DNA of 37,084 nucleotides from a virus. Lineage: Duplodnaviria > Caudoviricetes. The stretch is from IMG/VR virus record IMGVR_UViG_3300032225_000155, positions 1 to 37,084 of that record. One strand, written 5' to 3'. Under the pieces are notes generated by a model. It saw only the letters and a list, made by a program, of their open reading frames with translations. It was not told the DNA's origin and searched no databases. Positions 8,501 through 16,513 of the stretch are shown piece after piece. The position numbers and the translations under genes are program-made. Position 1 is the first letter of the stretch; every line of letters starts with the position of its first letter.

Positions 8501-11490
8501 TCTGTGTAAGCTCTTGGATTATCAAAACCAAGCACTTTATAGCCTTTGGCAGCCATATCAACAAACAATGGGAAATCTAGCTTTTCACCTTCGTCATCTA
8601 TTACAAACTTCTCTTCAGCTTTCTTTTCTGCTGGTTTTTCTTCTACTTGAGTTAGCTTAGTTTTACTTACATCAGAAGGTGGTTTTACAGCATACCCTGA
8701 ACTAGACTTTAGCTCTAGATCGCCATTAGGTTTAATAGATTTAATCTCTGCTCTAATTGTTTTTTCAGTTGTAAAAGGTTCATTACCTTTGTATTGCACA
8801 ACTGGTTCCTTATAAAAAACATAGTCACCAATTTTAAATTCTGAAGGTGTTTCTTTTGCAGCTTTCTTCTCAGCCTGACGTTCACGATTGATTTCTGCTT
8901 GTGTCTTTTTGACTTCAATGTGGACTTCTTTTGCCAAAGAATACCTTTCAATGGCTTTTAATTTTTTCTTAATTGAATCATCAAGATAATCATTGCGCAA
9001 AAGTTCTGCTATTGTGTGTTCTAAATCTTTTATTTCTTGCGATGTTTTTTCATTAGCATTAATAAAATAATTGCTAATTTCAGCTTCTTTTCCTTTTGAC
9101 TCTTTAAATACTTTGTTGGCAAACTTTGTTGCCATCTCTTTGCTTGCATCGGCCAATCTAATTGGTGTTTTTTCGGCGGCTTCTCTTTGTTTGGCCTGAC
9201 GCTCTTTATTAATTTCGGCTTTAGTCTTTGGTTTTTCTTCTTCTACTAAACCAATAGCTCGCTTAGCTGCAGGAGTTAGATGTGCAGATAACTTATCTTT
9301 CAGATCTGCTCTTTCGTCAGAATCCGGCATATAATCCATCATCTCTTCTTGTATTTCTTCAGCTTTTTTAAATTCTGCTGGTGTCAAGTCTAATTTAATA
9401 AGATATCTTTGATCTCTTATTCTTTGACCAGATGCATACCAATCTTTGCCATCATTAGATGACACAACATTAATTGGAATATTTCGTTCAAATCTTTCTT
9501 TAAGTAAATCAACCGCTTCTCTATTTACAGGTTCGGCAGGCTTTGTTTCGGCTGTTGTAGGTTTTGGTACCGGTAAATTATATCCAACGAATTTCCTTAC
9601 CCTATCCATGTCTGGTGAATCAGTAAACCGAACAAAGGAATCTCCACCTCTAATTCCGGCAGCTTCTGCTTCTTGAGAAACGTATACTTTGTTGTTCTTT
9701 ATATTAAGTAAGCCGGCTTTTTCAAACTTTTTAAGTACTGGTTTAACTTCATCATTATATTGAAGGCCATTGCCACTTCCAACAACTTGTCCAACAAAGG
9801 CTATTTCTTCAGGAGTAAACTCTTGGGGAATAATTTTTCTTGGTGGCTTAATTTTTTCTGGTGCCTTTGGCGTAGCAACAGTTTTTTCAACAGGCGGCGT
9901 TGGTGGAGCAACCTCTTGTGGCGCTGCAGGGGTTACTGCAGGCGTTACCTCAACAGGTGTAACTTCACCAGCCACTAGATCATTCATTTCTTTAGTGATC
10001 TCGCCTTGACGTCTATTAAGATCACCAAACTCGGCTGGAGTTGCAGTCTTATACTTCTCGTCAATTGTTTTAAACTCGGCCTCTAAAGCATCAAGTCGGT
10101 CAATCTTTTCTTTATCTTGCTCTTCAATGTCTTGGTCTTCAAGAGCTTTGAACTTACCAAGATCCTGTTGGCCGGCTGGTGGTGTACCTGCAGGAGCACC
10201 CGGAGGCGATGTAGGAGGAGCGCCTTCTACGGTAACGTTCTTGCCTTTTTGTAGGACTGGTTTTCCTTCTTCTTCCGGAGCTGCTTGCGGTTGAGTTTTT
10301 GAAACAAAACCACGAGCCGCGCCCGGAGCGGCCTCTCCAATTGCACCAAGCACAAGGTTAGCAAATGAATCAACGCCAATCTCTCTAACAACCGTTTTAT
10401 TAATACCTAAATCCGCGGCAACGCCTTCAGCTAATTCTGATGCTCCACCCTCTACGCCGGCAAGAGCCGTTCCTGCAGCAACTTGGCCAAGTCTAGATTT
10501 AGCGCTATTTAAAAGTAATTTATCAAAGCCACCGTGTAACAGTTTGCTTGTAAATTGATTTCCCAAAGCACCAACCAAACCTTGATACATGGCAGCAGTA
10601 TCACCAGCCTTTGATTCGGTCATTAAGCGAGCATCTTTTGGTGTATATCCAAGTGCCAAAAGGTTTGCAAAATAAGGGCTATTTTTAGAAAGTTCTTGAT
10701 CATTCATCTTTTTGATGTGATCTCTTGCTTCATTAATTGCTTCAGATCCAGCCTGTCCAAATCCAGCTGCGCCAACAACAGTTGGGTTTTTACTTATGGC
10801 TGCTATTAAAAATGAGGGCGCGGCAGTACCAAATACGTTGGCTACGTGACCCATCATGCCTAATGCACTGGGGTCATTACCTATAGATATTTCACTAAAA
10901 TCACCGGTTTGCAAAGCCTTAATAATGTTACCTGTAGGCTGCGATTCAGCCATAGCCTTTTTTGTTTGCGGTGATATTGATTCTTTAATCTGATCCGATA
11001 AGCTATTTCCCAATTCAGTTAATTGTCTAAATTGGGGAATTTTACCTTTGGCTAAAGTCTCGTCTAAAGCTAAGCGCTGTTTTTGATCTAACGTATTAGG
11101 AACAATACTTTGCTCTTTGAATTGTTGACCAAATCCAAGCGCGCCGGTCAATTGATTTGCAAGTTTTCTTGGGTCTGAAACGTAACTTAAAGCCTCTGTC
11201 GGCAAGAAAGTTGTAGATTTAGCAGCCTCTTGTCCGCCAGCCTCAATAGCTTCTGGAGCTCCAAAAGATCCTGTGGTTAAGCCAGCAAGTGCAGATTTAC
11301 CAAGGTCGGCAGCTTTGGTAAGAAAACCGCTATCTTGAGGCGGAGTAGATAAGTGGCTAATAATTTCAGGATAAGTGTATCCAGATTTTACGGCTGATGG
11401 GACGTCAAACTTGTTTTGCTGGCCTAAAAAACCAGCAATCTCCGCGTCAGAATACCCAGCCTTTTTTGCGCCTTCAATATCAAAAGCCAT
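2590..11490 (-). CDS. Giant polyvalent (probably ejected/internal virion) protein, 2966 aa
   Basis: Duplicated N-terminal FDxxxAxKxGYxxxEI motif; Gly/Ala-rich hydrophobic N-region; GNAT (IVDPEKRKQGLAKQAL..LYSKYGF, ~8170-8480); YkuD-like (IVDK..TPAG..MHTV..SHGCVN, ~7260-7700); ParB-like (VNEGNHRIMAAKALG, ~6560-6830); zincin HELTH..SEYWA (~5700-6150); LPD38-like C-terminus (RNFVIP..KPAVEIGLNRNFFTG..QYNASTSELGK..DHLVRG). Last gene of the structural operon. Confidence 0.85.
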   Translation of the reverse strand: MAFDIEGAKKAGYSDAEIAGFLGQQNKFDVPSAVKSGYTYPEIISHLSTPPQDSGFLTKAADLGKSALAGLTTGSFGAPEAIEAGGQEAAKSTTFLPTEALSYVSDPRKLANQLTGALGFGQQFKEQSIVPNTLDQKQRLALDETLAKGKIPQFRQLTELGNSLSDQIKESISPQTKKAMAESQPTGNIIKALQTGDFSEISIGNDPSALGMMGHVANVFGTAAPSFLIAAISKNPTVVGAAGFGQAGSEAINEARDHIKKMNDQELSKNSPYFANLLALGYTPKDARLMTESKAGDTAAMYQGLVGALGNQFTSKLLHGGFDKLLLNSAKSRLGQVAAGTALAGVEGGASELAEGVAADLGINKTVVREIGVDSFANLVLGAIGEAAPGAARGFVSKTQPQAAPEEEGKPVLQKGKNVTVEGAPPTSPPGAPAGTPPAGQQDLGKFKALEDQDIEEQDKEKIDRLDALEAEFKTIDEKYKTATPAEFGDLNRRQGEITKEMNDLVAGEVTPVEVTPAVTPAAPQEVAPPTPPVEKTVATPKAPEKIKPPRKIIPQEFTPEEIAFVGQVVGSGNGLQYNDEVKPVLKKFEKAGLLNIKNNKVYVSQEAEAAGIRGGDSFVRFTDSPDMDRVRKFVGYNLPVPKPTTAETKPAEPVNREAVDLLKERFERNIPINVVSSNDGKDWYASGQRIRDQRYLIKLDLTPAEFKKAEEIQEEMMDYMPDSDERADLKDKLSAHLTPAAKRAIGLVEEEKPKTKAEINKERQAKQREAAEKTPIRLADASKEMATKFANKVFKESKGKEAEISNYFINANEKTSQEIKDLEHTIAELLRNDYLDDSIKKKLKAIERYSLAKEVHIEVKKTQAEINRERQAEKKAAKETPSEFKIGDYVFYKEPVVQYKGNEPFTTEKTIRAEIKSIKPNGDLELKSSSGYAVKPPSDVSKTKLTQVEEKPAEKKAEEKFVIDDEGEKLDFPLFVDMAAKGYKVLGFDNPRAYTDKAGNTYRTIERDGVRLALQPNKLLFKQQGKEYGRVATGIGKEKDITFEHLIVDPEKRKQGLAKQALQDLIDVADKNGYTVFLEPAQLEKKGITKEQLSDLYSKYGFVATNESGNPMERTPKLVDESRTIDVEATEITPSQMKLLTNQVGKLSDADIATLEEHYGIPNSSMDFMKRIREDIITYTNKGAEAIDKAIRSIIAKLQAGMLSVAMVFNPAYMSEQSVVVYPSKVTTEEVRAEVPDSASEMSDSGKKAFSILFAALQPEMQANDKLFTIVDKPTSKAFVFQPNGSLLLKDNVVLGKSLGDVYVGQTEFKGNQITPAGALRVKKEKGSATYDGRTIYTVGNVKEGWNVAFMHTVYLKEADAAARKQALATGQGTRLSHGCVNAQPEVMDKLEEGDRMDKSIVFVVPDDQTKVHDYIANTVSNEDLTRETIKPATKTTKTEEVKVERKIVGREQEATEPRKTQAEINRERQAKKRGEKPTEEPYIPLNMVSDVEIPPIFLLDSNPGGEWLRHKKEKSIEDGRLSSGVPRRFGSATAYFRAKENVVNSSTRTLLIPVDIAAKFQGMNDEQRNVRSGNLKYLTDYMGKNNRLPFEQDGKTHYSPYINVYQNGTPYVNEGNHRIMAAKALGWKYIPLAIDYFNGAELENGPLSPAKAIEYDRKAHEEGYTLVNYAARTNTLEMLSPGAYERALNKQVNKDREDSQQEYRNVRAAVRRKTKEVAKVGSTLPLQKELNVLLESEQNIKNYLDATYKEDRRPIAFKLKAVEEEKKGNLAPEVSEFIQHIYATNPKILDGLQLSVRANKNPNSPSSANFAPYSRIVTLWKNGSGVDNPNTISHELTHSFEQMMDADTRKVVVDAWARSLEKAIKNYPGQKHQDYFDAVMEYLENPTKENYDDAIKNLKGLGYDFYQYLTPSEYWAVNGTDMMRAKLGTTWDKFVNSIKGLIEGLKSFFGMNNTYVVHKTMNKIFKGEMQRVDHGSLIGYLLRGEYKGDLQNIEEEGEEFEGSAREQYLAQREADGREDFKLKTSKSVKDMLLGSYGAAREAAKAVKESPMLAVNKMASKLDRAITYARIKGVWYGRGLEVAEVKKFNGQVRDGQEKVIASVALTNALHSGEIMSQVIMRGKLMFDTESQMFRAEDAKESLANVMLAKHDLIERVGAQEANNMIQDYFEAKRSRSILNAFQEQEGIVEKAKEKAEKIEFGTDAYYDALDEVEKAKNDFYNIAVARSKVKLSDESIDIYSALEDDNPELRNMMDNWQAVNSNNLDNMEFSGLISKKRAKSLREIEDYVPWQRIQDEMEDVHSAPVRGSTKSLTNVAKEKVFKRNAAVNKAARDYIDGEIDLDQFNEAIQKYQENLGEIDDILDNMLHNTAVLGRNSMRNHAANMVAARYAERYTEGKKKGKLKLYREEGRDDNGVRLNIVVNGRRVIVNIPDPLIAEAVIGMENINMPAVEIFAVMANLLRRGITTWPQFQLRQLFMDAPTAAMVSGLGAKNSAILYADTFKSFLNALNSEDPIVRHLKAYGIGGFQSYTRSPEQQYKQQIGLIEQNKLNKFTNFLDKVGDASDMAQRIATYKRVLAETGDETLALMRSNNIIDFKKHGNAKMVVAITRSVSFMNAYAQQLDVLAEALAGGGLKGKNRAAAFASMLKVAAMLTAWTTIYTMIMGGNDDYEKMDDQKKARNFVIPKNIAKYIGVDDNILLPMNTSAAYFFKAMPELITNYVIKKGTKNEVDGTRLRKALAEAAIDSLLGPNPIPTGIKPAVEIGLNRNFFTGGAITPKGLENLDAAEQYNASTSELGKVLSAVAGGVLNPIEMDHLVRGIFGTNGAVVMWGSNMLSGDRPTAEQKDNPLWGGLMDRDVGRGPESLFYDLKSEVEPKHKTFMKLIEREKDEEADKYFNKHEKEIAAYEYVTGIESALKEINKEIRRVGEVRDPKFSKDDRRKEIQELQNTKNEILEDVIQIRKEAGL
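7075..9228 (-). repeat. Three dispersed copies of peptide KT(K/Q)AEIN(K/R)ERQA within the giant protein
   Basis: In-frame copies at 9193-9228, 8872-8907 and 7075-7110, with synonymous differences. Confidence 0.9.
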
Positions 11491-11499
11491 ACTTAATCC

Positions 11500-13641
11500 T
11501 TATCTTTGAAAGCTAGCTAATGGCGGACGATTTGTTGAAGATGTAGTTGTTACTCCAAGACTGCTATTTAATTGATTTGGATCAAATTGAGTCATCTTTA
11601 ACAATGGCCTTAGTTCTGGAGATAGGTTATTCATTGCAAATTTTGCAGCATCAACTTCCATCTGTCCGGGATTGTCTTTATATTTTGCATACAAAGGCTT
11701 ACCGGGCTTAGCGTTGTCTTTAATGTGCTGCAAACTCTGAGTCAGTAAAGTATTATAACGTTCCTGAGCCATTCCAGTTAGTTGCATATCTTTATAAGAC
11801 TGGGTATTTTCACGGCTCGCGCCAGCAGCGGCTAGTTGTGCATTTTTCATATCTACTTGTGCTTGCAATTTAAACAAATCTCCAGCCAATGCTTGGCGGT
11901 TCTTATTGTCAGCAGATATACCTTGCGCATCCATTTGAGAAAGTTGGCGCTTCATTGTGTTAATAGCAGCTATATCGCGCTCATAAGGCGTTAATGCAGC
12001 AAGACCAGAGCGTCCTACGTTAGATGCCAATTGGCTAAACTCATCACCCGGCTGACCGGCAGGAGCATTCATTAGCCCTAAACCAAAACGAGTAAGAGCC
12101 ATTGGATTAATCATAGCTTTTTGCTCTTCAACGCTTTTTCTTAAATCTTCTTTTTCTTTTTTAAGTGCCTCAGATTCTGGTTTCATTTGAGCATATTGCG
12201 CAGCAGCTAATCTTGCATAGGGGCCTTCTTTTGCCATTGCAGCTAAAGCCTCTTTGGTTGCATCTGGTTCCTGAACATCTTCTCCTTTAGCAAAAGAAGC
12301 AATACCGCCTTCAGCCATTTGGGTCATGCTTCCGGTCGGCGCAGCAGCTAAGCCTGCTTGTTGAGGCACGTTTTGTGGCATTGGAAGGCCGGGCTGCATT
12401 GGTTGCATTAGGCTGGCTGCTTGTGGGGCGGCCTGTGGGTTGCTACGGTTATAAGCACGCTCTTGCATTAATCCTTGAGCGTACATATCATCTATTGGGG
12501 TAGATACTGGGCTCTGTGGAACTCTAGCCAATTGATCATCTGAATACATCTTCATTGGCACTGCACCGCCAGTACCCATTTTAATGACGCCGCCGTCCGC
12601 TTTATTAGCCGCGTTATACATTGCGGCCGCGCCCAATCCTGCGGTTCCCAAACCGGCCAACTGAGAAATCTGGCTAGGAGGCGCTTGATACATCTGTGTA
12701 GAAGATTGTTGCATAGGCAGGCCACGCAACATAGAGTTAAGCATACCCAACTGTAAGAACGGATATTGTTGTTCTGTAGCGTAGTTTTGGACAGCTTGAT
12801 TAATAATGTTTTGTTGGTTAGCTTGTTGTAACGCACCCTGCTGCGCTTGGGTTCCAAGAATACTTTGTTGCGCGGCCAATTCTTGACCACCAAGACCAGC
12901 CAATTGATTGGCGTTTTGCATAGCCGCTTGATTGGCCTGTAAACCAAAACCTTGATTTTGGTTGTATTGATTTTGCGCTGCATTAAATGCTTGGTTATAA
13001 CCCTGACCAATTACTTGGTTCATAGCCATATTTTTATTGCGCTGGTTTTCTGCATCCATAATTGCACCGCGGGAACCACCAAATGCGCCGGCTTGCGTAG
13101 CTTGCCCTTGTTGTTGTGTGCCAGTAATATCATATTGACGTTGAATTTCTGCCAAAGCTGGATTTAAGGCGCTTTGCAAGTAGGGATTCATGTAACCACC
13201 GACTTGGTTTTGGAATCCTTGTGCGTTTGCGTTTGCACCCATTCCTAATGCATTGCCAATTCCATAGCCAGTAACTTGTTGTGCCGCACCAAAAGTGCCG
13301 GGGGTTTGAAGATTTGCAGCAGCAGACTGAGCTTGTCTTTGCAACGGACTAAAACCGGCAACGTAATCTGTAGGGTTATTGCTATAAGGCGTATAGGCAT
13401 TAAACCCAGTCATAGATGGGTTATAGATTTGTGCTTGTGCAGCATTAAGCATATTCTCTACATATGGCTGTGCATACTCAGGAATATTCGTATTTTGTAC
13501 TGTAGTTTGAGTTGGTTGTGGTGCTGGTGAGCCTCCGCCTCCGCCGCCGCCATAGATTCGTCCTCCGCCTACTTTATTGCGGGTAACAGAATCCCCTAGG
13601 GATTCACCTAAAGCGTACAGTTGGCGTTTTGAATAATTCAT
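11500..13641 (-). CDS. Putative ejection (DNA pilot-like) internal virion protein
   Basis: Leader plus poly-Gly, NIPEYAQPY, YMNPY, AGAFGGSR motifs, Q/N/A-rich low complexity, hydrophobic LAGLGTAGLGAAAMY segment. Located between GNAT and giant protein. Confidence 0.7.
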   Translation of the reverse strand: MNYSKRQLYALGESLGDSVTRNKVGGGRIYGGGGGGGSPAPQPTQTTVQNTNIPEYAQPYVENMLNAAQAQIYNPSMTGFNAYTPYSNNPTDYVAGFSPLQRQAQSAAANLQTPGTFGAAQQVTGYGIGNALGMGANANAQGFQNQVGGYMNPYLQSALNPALAEIQRQYDITGTQQQGQATQAGAFGGSRGAIMDAENQRNKNMAMNQVIGQGYNQAFNAAQNQYNQNQGFGLQANQAAMQNANQLAGLGGQELAAQQSILGTQAQQGALQQANQQNIINQAVQNYATEQQYPFLQLGMLNSMLRGLPMQQSSTQMYQAPPSQISQLAGLGTAGLGAAAMYNAANKADGGVIKMGTGGAVPMKMYSDDQLARVPQSPVSTPIDDMYAQGLMQERAYNRSNPQAAPQAASLMQPMQPGLPMPQNVPQQAGLAAAPTGSMTQMAEGGIASFAKGEDVQEPDATKEALAAMAKEGPYARLAAAQYAQMKPESEALKKEKEDLRKSVEEQKAMINPMALTRFGLGLMNAPAGQPGDEFSQLASNVGRSGLAALTPYERDIAAINTMKRQLSQMDAQGISADNKNRQALAGDLFKLQAQVDMKNAQLAAAGASRENTQSYKDMQLTGMAQERYNTLLTQSLQHIKDNAKPGKPLYAKYKDNPGQMEVDAAKFAMNNLSPELRPLLKMTQFDPNQLNSSLGVTTTSSTNRPPLASFQR

Positions 13642-13649
13642 AATTTTCC

Positions 13650-14096
13650 TTACAACATCTTTGAAAATACTTTATCTGTCATCTTGTATCCCAAGTACTC
13701 AAACAACTTTGAATTGTCTAAATGCACTTTTGTGTGCATCACAATTCGTTTAACTCCTCGTTCTTTAAGTACTTTTTCAGCATACTTAAACAACATAATT
13801 CCTACTCTGCCTTTGCGAAAACTTTTAGTCACAAAGTACAAATCTTCTATTGCCGTCATACAAGACTTATAATGAAGATGAGGGGTTACTATAAAAATAA
13901 TATAACCAATTAACTGCTCATCATTTCTACAAGTAATGCACCGCAGCATTCCTGCCTGTGCCATCCTTTTATAAGCCTCATAATCAGGCTCATAAGAAAA
14001 TTCTTTTGTTACACATAACTCTTCATAATGCTCCGGAAAGAGTTTTTCAAACTCATCTACAAACTTAAAAACATCCACATCTTCGTAAATAATCAT
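13650..14096 (-). CDS. GNAT-family acyltransferase
   Basis: LIGYIIF, EDLYFVTKSFRKGRVGIMLFKYAE (acetyl-CoA motif A), LFEYLGYK. Confidence 0.85.
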   Translation of the reverse strand: MIIYEDVDVFKFVDEFEKLFPEHYEELCVTKEFSYEPDYEAYKRMAQAGMLRCITCRNDEQLIGYIIFIVTPHLHYKSCMTAIEDLYFVTKSFRKGRVGIMLFKYAEKVLKERGVKRIVMHTKVHLDNSKLFEYLGYKMTDKVFSKML

Positions 14097-16174
14097 GCTG
14101 GTAAATGTTTATATGCTTTCGTGTCTGCTGCAATATTCTTCGTCTTGGCTCTTTTTGCTTTAATGCGATCCATCATGGCATATAAGCGTTTAGCTCCGGC
14201 ATCTGTAGATCCGTTACCAATTTCAGAAACAATACGGGCTGGTATTACAAACTCTCCGGTGGCTAATCTTGCCGGTTGTTTGCCGCCAATTGTAGCAGGG
14301 ATGGAATCAGAAACGCCATCTCCGGGGCCTTGAAGCAAACGGCCACCATCAGAATAATCACCTAAATGACCACCACCTGCATAACCCATTAAACCGCCAG
14401 CAGCGTTTGCAACAGTACTATGATAAAAACTATCTGCAGCTGCATTTGCAGCATCAGCTGCGCGCCTTGTTTCTTCTGATTGCGCTACTTGCTCTGCTAT
14501 CGCTAATTCATTAGCTTTATAAGCTGGGGATCCATACATTCTTAATGGATCAATTGCATACCCTTGGACGGGGGTGGCTGTTCTAGTTGGAATTGGAATG
14601 CTTTCATAATTCTGTATAGATGGAGATTGAATGCCTTGAGAAGGTGCTTGTGCATAATCTACATATTGAGGTTGATATATATGCCCTCGCATACTGCCTT
14701 GTGGGTTTGTATATGCGAATGTACTAGGCGCAGAATCTTTCTTTGCGGCTCCCATTGCAACTCCGCCAAAGTCATAACGAGCTACACCACCATTAGCCAT
14801 AGCCATTAAACCGCCTTCTTTAGCTTCAGTAGAGGACTCTTGGGCAATAGCTTGTTTAGCTCTTTGCTCTGCAATCATTTGAGCCGGGTCAGTACTAATA
14901 GATCCCAGTACATTTTGCTGTGGCAATCCTTTAGAAAGTCTTACTCGGCTAGAGTTAGATAGCATTTCTAACATTTTACGGGCGCGGCTAGCTGGGTCTA
15001 AACGGCGCAGTTCAGGCTCATCTGGTTCAATTTCAACTGGTCTATTCTGAGCTTCTAATGCTTTGCGTTTTGTTGCCATTTCTATGCCGCGCTCTACTTC
15101 ACCAACACCTTCAACCATACTGCCGTAATCTGGAGATCCTTTATAACTTGCAATGCCACCAGAGGCCATCATCTTATCATTCATTAAGCCGCCACTAGCC
15201 GACCCTATTGGGCTATATGGGCTAGCAGCATAGTTAGAATAAGTAGGCCTATAAGCTGGGTTAGGTTGTGCAGGCATGGAAGCGTTAAACATAGGACTGC
15301 CATTTGCATCTCGTGGAATTTGTTTCATTCCAAAAGGATTTTTTTGTTGTGTTTGTACAGGATTATTAGGGGGTTGTGGACCAAATTCTTTTTTGGCTGC
15401 CAATCCTAATGGAAGAGCTACACCAGCTGCTGCATAAGGATTTGCCATCACTGCATTTCCAATCGCAGGCCCACTTGTTAAGCCTTGCGAAAGCCCAGCC
15501 CTAGCCAATTCTCCAGTGCTCATATTAGCGGCATTTGCTACAGTAGGAAGACCCATGTTAGCATTTGCCATGCCAGCATTTTTTACTGCTTCTGCAGCAT
15601 TAGCATCGGTCAAGTTAGCAGTCATATTAGTAATTTGACCTTCTGTCAAATTAGGCATACTACTAATTTGTGATTTGGCAATATCCGAGGCAGTCTGTTG
15701 CGCAGTTTCTTGCGCAGTCATTCTTGTTGCTTCTGTTACTGCTTGTTGTTTAGCAAATTCTTGCGCAGCTTGATTTCCACCTTCTTGCGCAGCAGCATTT
15801 GCAGTTGCTGCCGCTCCTGCTTCAGCTATACCAGAGGCCAAATTACCACCAGACCAAGTACCCAAACCAGCCATAAGACCTTGTGTAAGGCTTCCTGTAA
15901 TAGCATAGTCAGCTGCACCTACACCAGCTGCAATTAAAGGTAAGAATTCAACTTGACCAGTAGCTACGGCTAAAGCACCCAATGCCATAGGCAGTACGGT
16001 ACTTAACATTCCCGCTTCTGGAAGGCCGGTTTTTGGGTTAATAGTTAAAGATTTTCCTTGGCTCTCTGCAAGTTTTTGCATTGCAGCAAGCTCTTTAGAA
16101 GTCATGTGGACTAAATGCGTGTCTTCTCCACGGCCTTGCGCGGCTAAATGATTGGCAGCATGGACTAAACTCAT
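14093..16174 (-). CDS. Putative internal virion/ejection protein
   Basis: N-terminal GRGEDTHLVHM..TINPKTGLPEA, hydrophobic Gly/Ala segment, multiple xxxGG motifs, C-terminal GPGDGVSDSIPA..RLATGEFVIPA domain. Confidence 0.7.
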   Translation of the reverse strand: MSLVHAANHLAAQGRGEDTHLVHMTSKELAAMQKLAESQGKSLTINPKTGLPEAGMLSTVLPMALGALAVATGQVEFLPLIAAGVGAADYAITGSLTQGLMAGLGTWSGGNLASGIAEAGAAATANAAAQEGGNQAAQEFAKQQAVTEATRMTAQETAQQTASDIAKSQISSMPNLTEGQITNMTANLTDANAAEAVKNAGMANANMGLPTVANAANMSTGELARAGLSQGLTSGPAIGNAVMANPYAAAGVALPLGLAAKKEFGPQPPNNPVQTQQKNPFGMKQIPRDANGSPMFNASMPAQPNPAYRPTYSNYAASPYSPIGSASGGLMNDKMMASGGIASYKGSPDYGSMVEGVGEVERGIEMATKRKALEAQNRPVEIEPDEPELRRLDPASRARKMLEMLSNSSRVRLSKGLPQQNVLGSISTDPAQMIAEQRAKQAIAQESSTEAKEGGLMAMANGGVARYDFGGVAMGAAKKDSAPSTFAYTNPQGSMRGHIYQPQYVDYAQAPSQGIQSPSIQNYESIPIPTRTATPVQGYAIDPLRMYGSPAYKANELAIAEQVAQSEETRRAADAANAAADSFYHSTVANAAGGLMGYAGGGHLGDYSDGGRLLQGPGDGVSDSIPATIGGKQPARLATGEFVIPARIVSEIGNGSTDAGAKRLYAMMDRIKAKRAKTKNIAADTKAYKHLPA

Positions 16175-16213
16175 AAGGGTCCTTTTAGGGTATTTGGTGT
16201 TGATTTTATCATA

Positions 16214-16513
16214 TTAAACGGTTGTTCCGTCTGCTTTTTTCCATACGGTACCGTTCCACCAAATGGGTCTATCTAGCGTAGTGTCGTAGTAAATCTGCCC
16301 TACTGCTAGCGGTACTTGAACCGTACTTGCAGGTCTTTCTGCCGTAATCCCAGAAAGGGGTATAGCAGCTGCTTGGGTAAAATTATCCACTTGGTTAAAG
16401 TACAAACGCAGCACATTAGAAAACTGGTCAAAATACCCAGCGTCATATCCTTCTCGTGGAGCATTAGGTAAATTAGGTGCTTTTGAAGAGCGTAGTGGAG
16501 CGTTATATGCCAT
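16214..16513 (-). CDS. Small structural protein downstream of tail tubular protein
   Basis: APNLP..YD..LRLYFNQVD N-terminus and GQIYYDTTLDRPIWWNGTVW fibre-type module; start coupled to the upstream stop. Confidence 0.65.
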   Translation of the reverse strand: MAYNAPLRSSKAPNLPNAPREGYDAGYFDQFSNVLRLYFNQVDNFTQAAAIPLSGITAERPASTVQVPLAVGQIYYDTTLDRPIWWNGTVWKKADGTTV

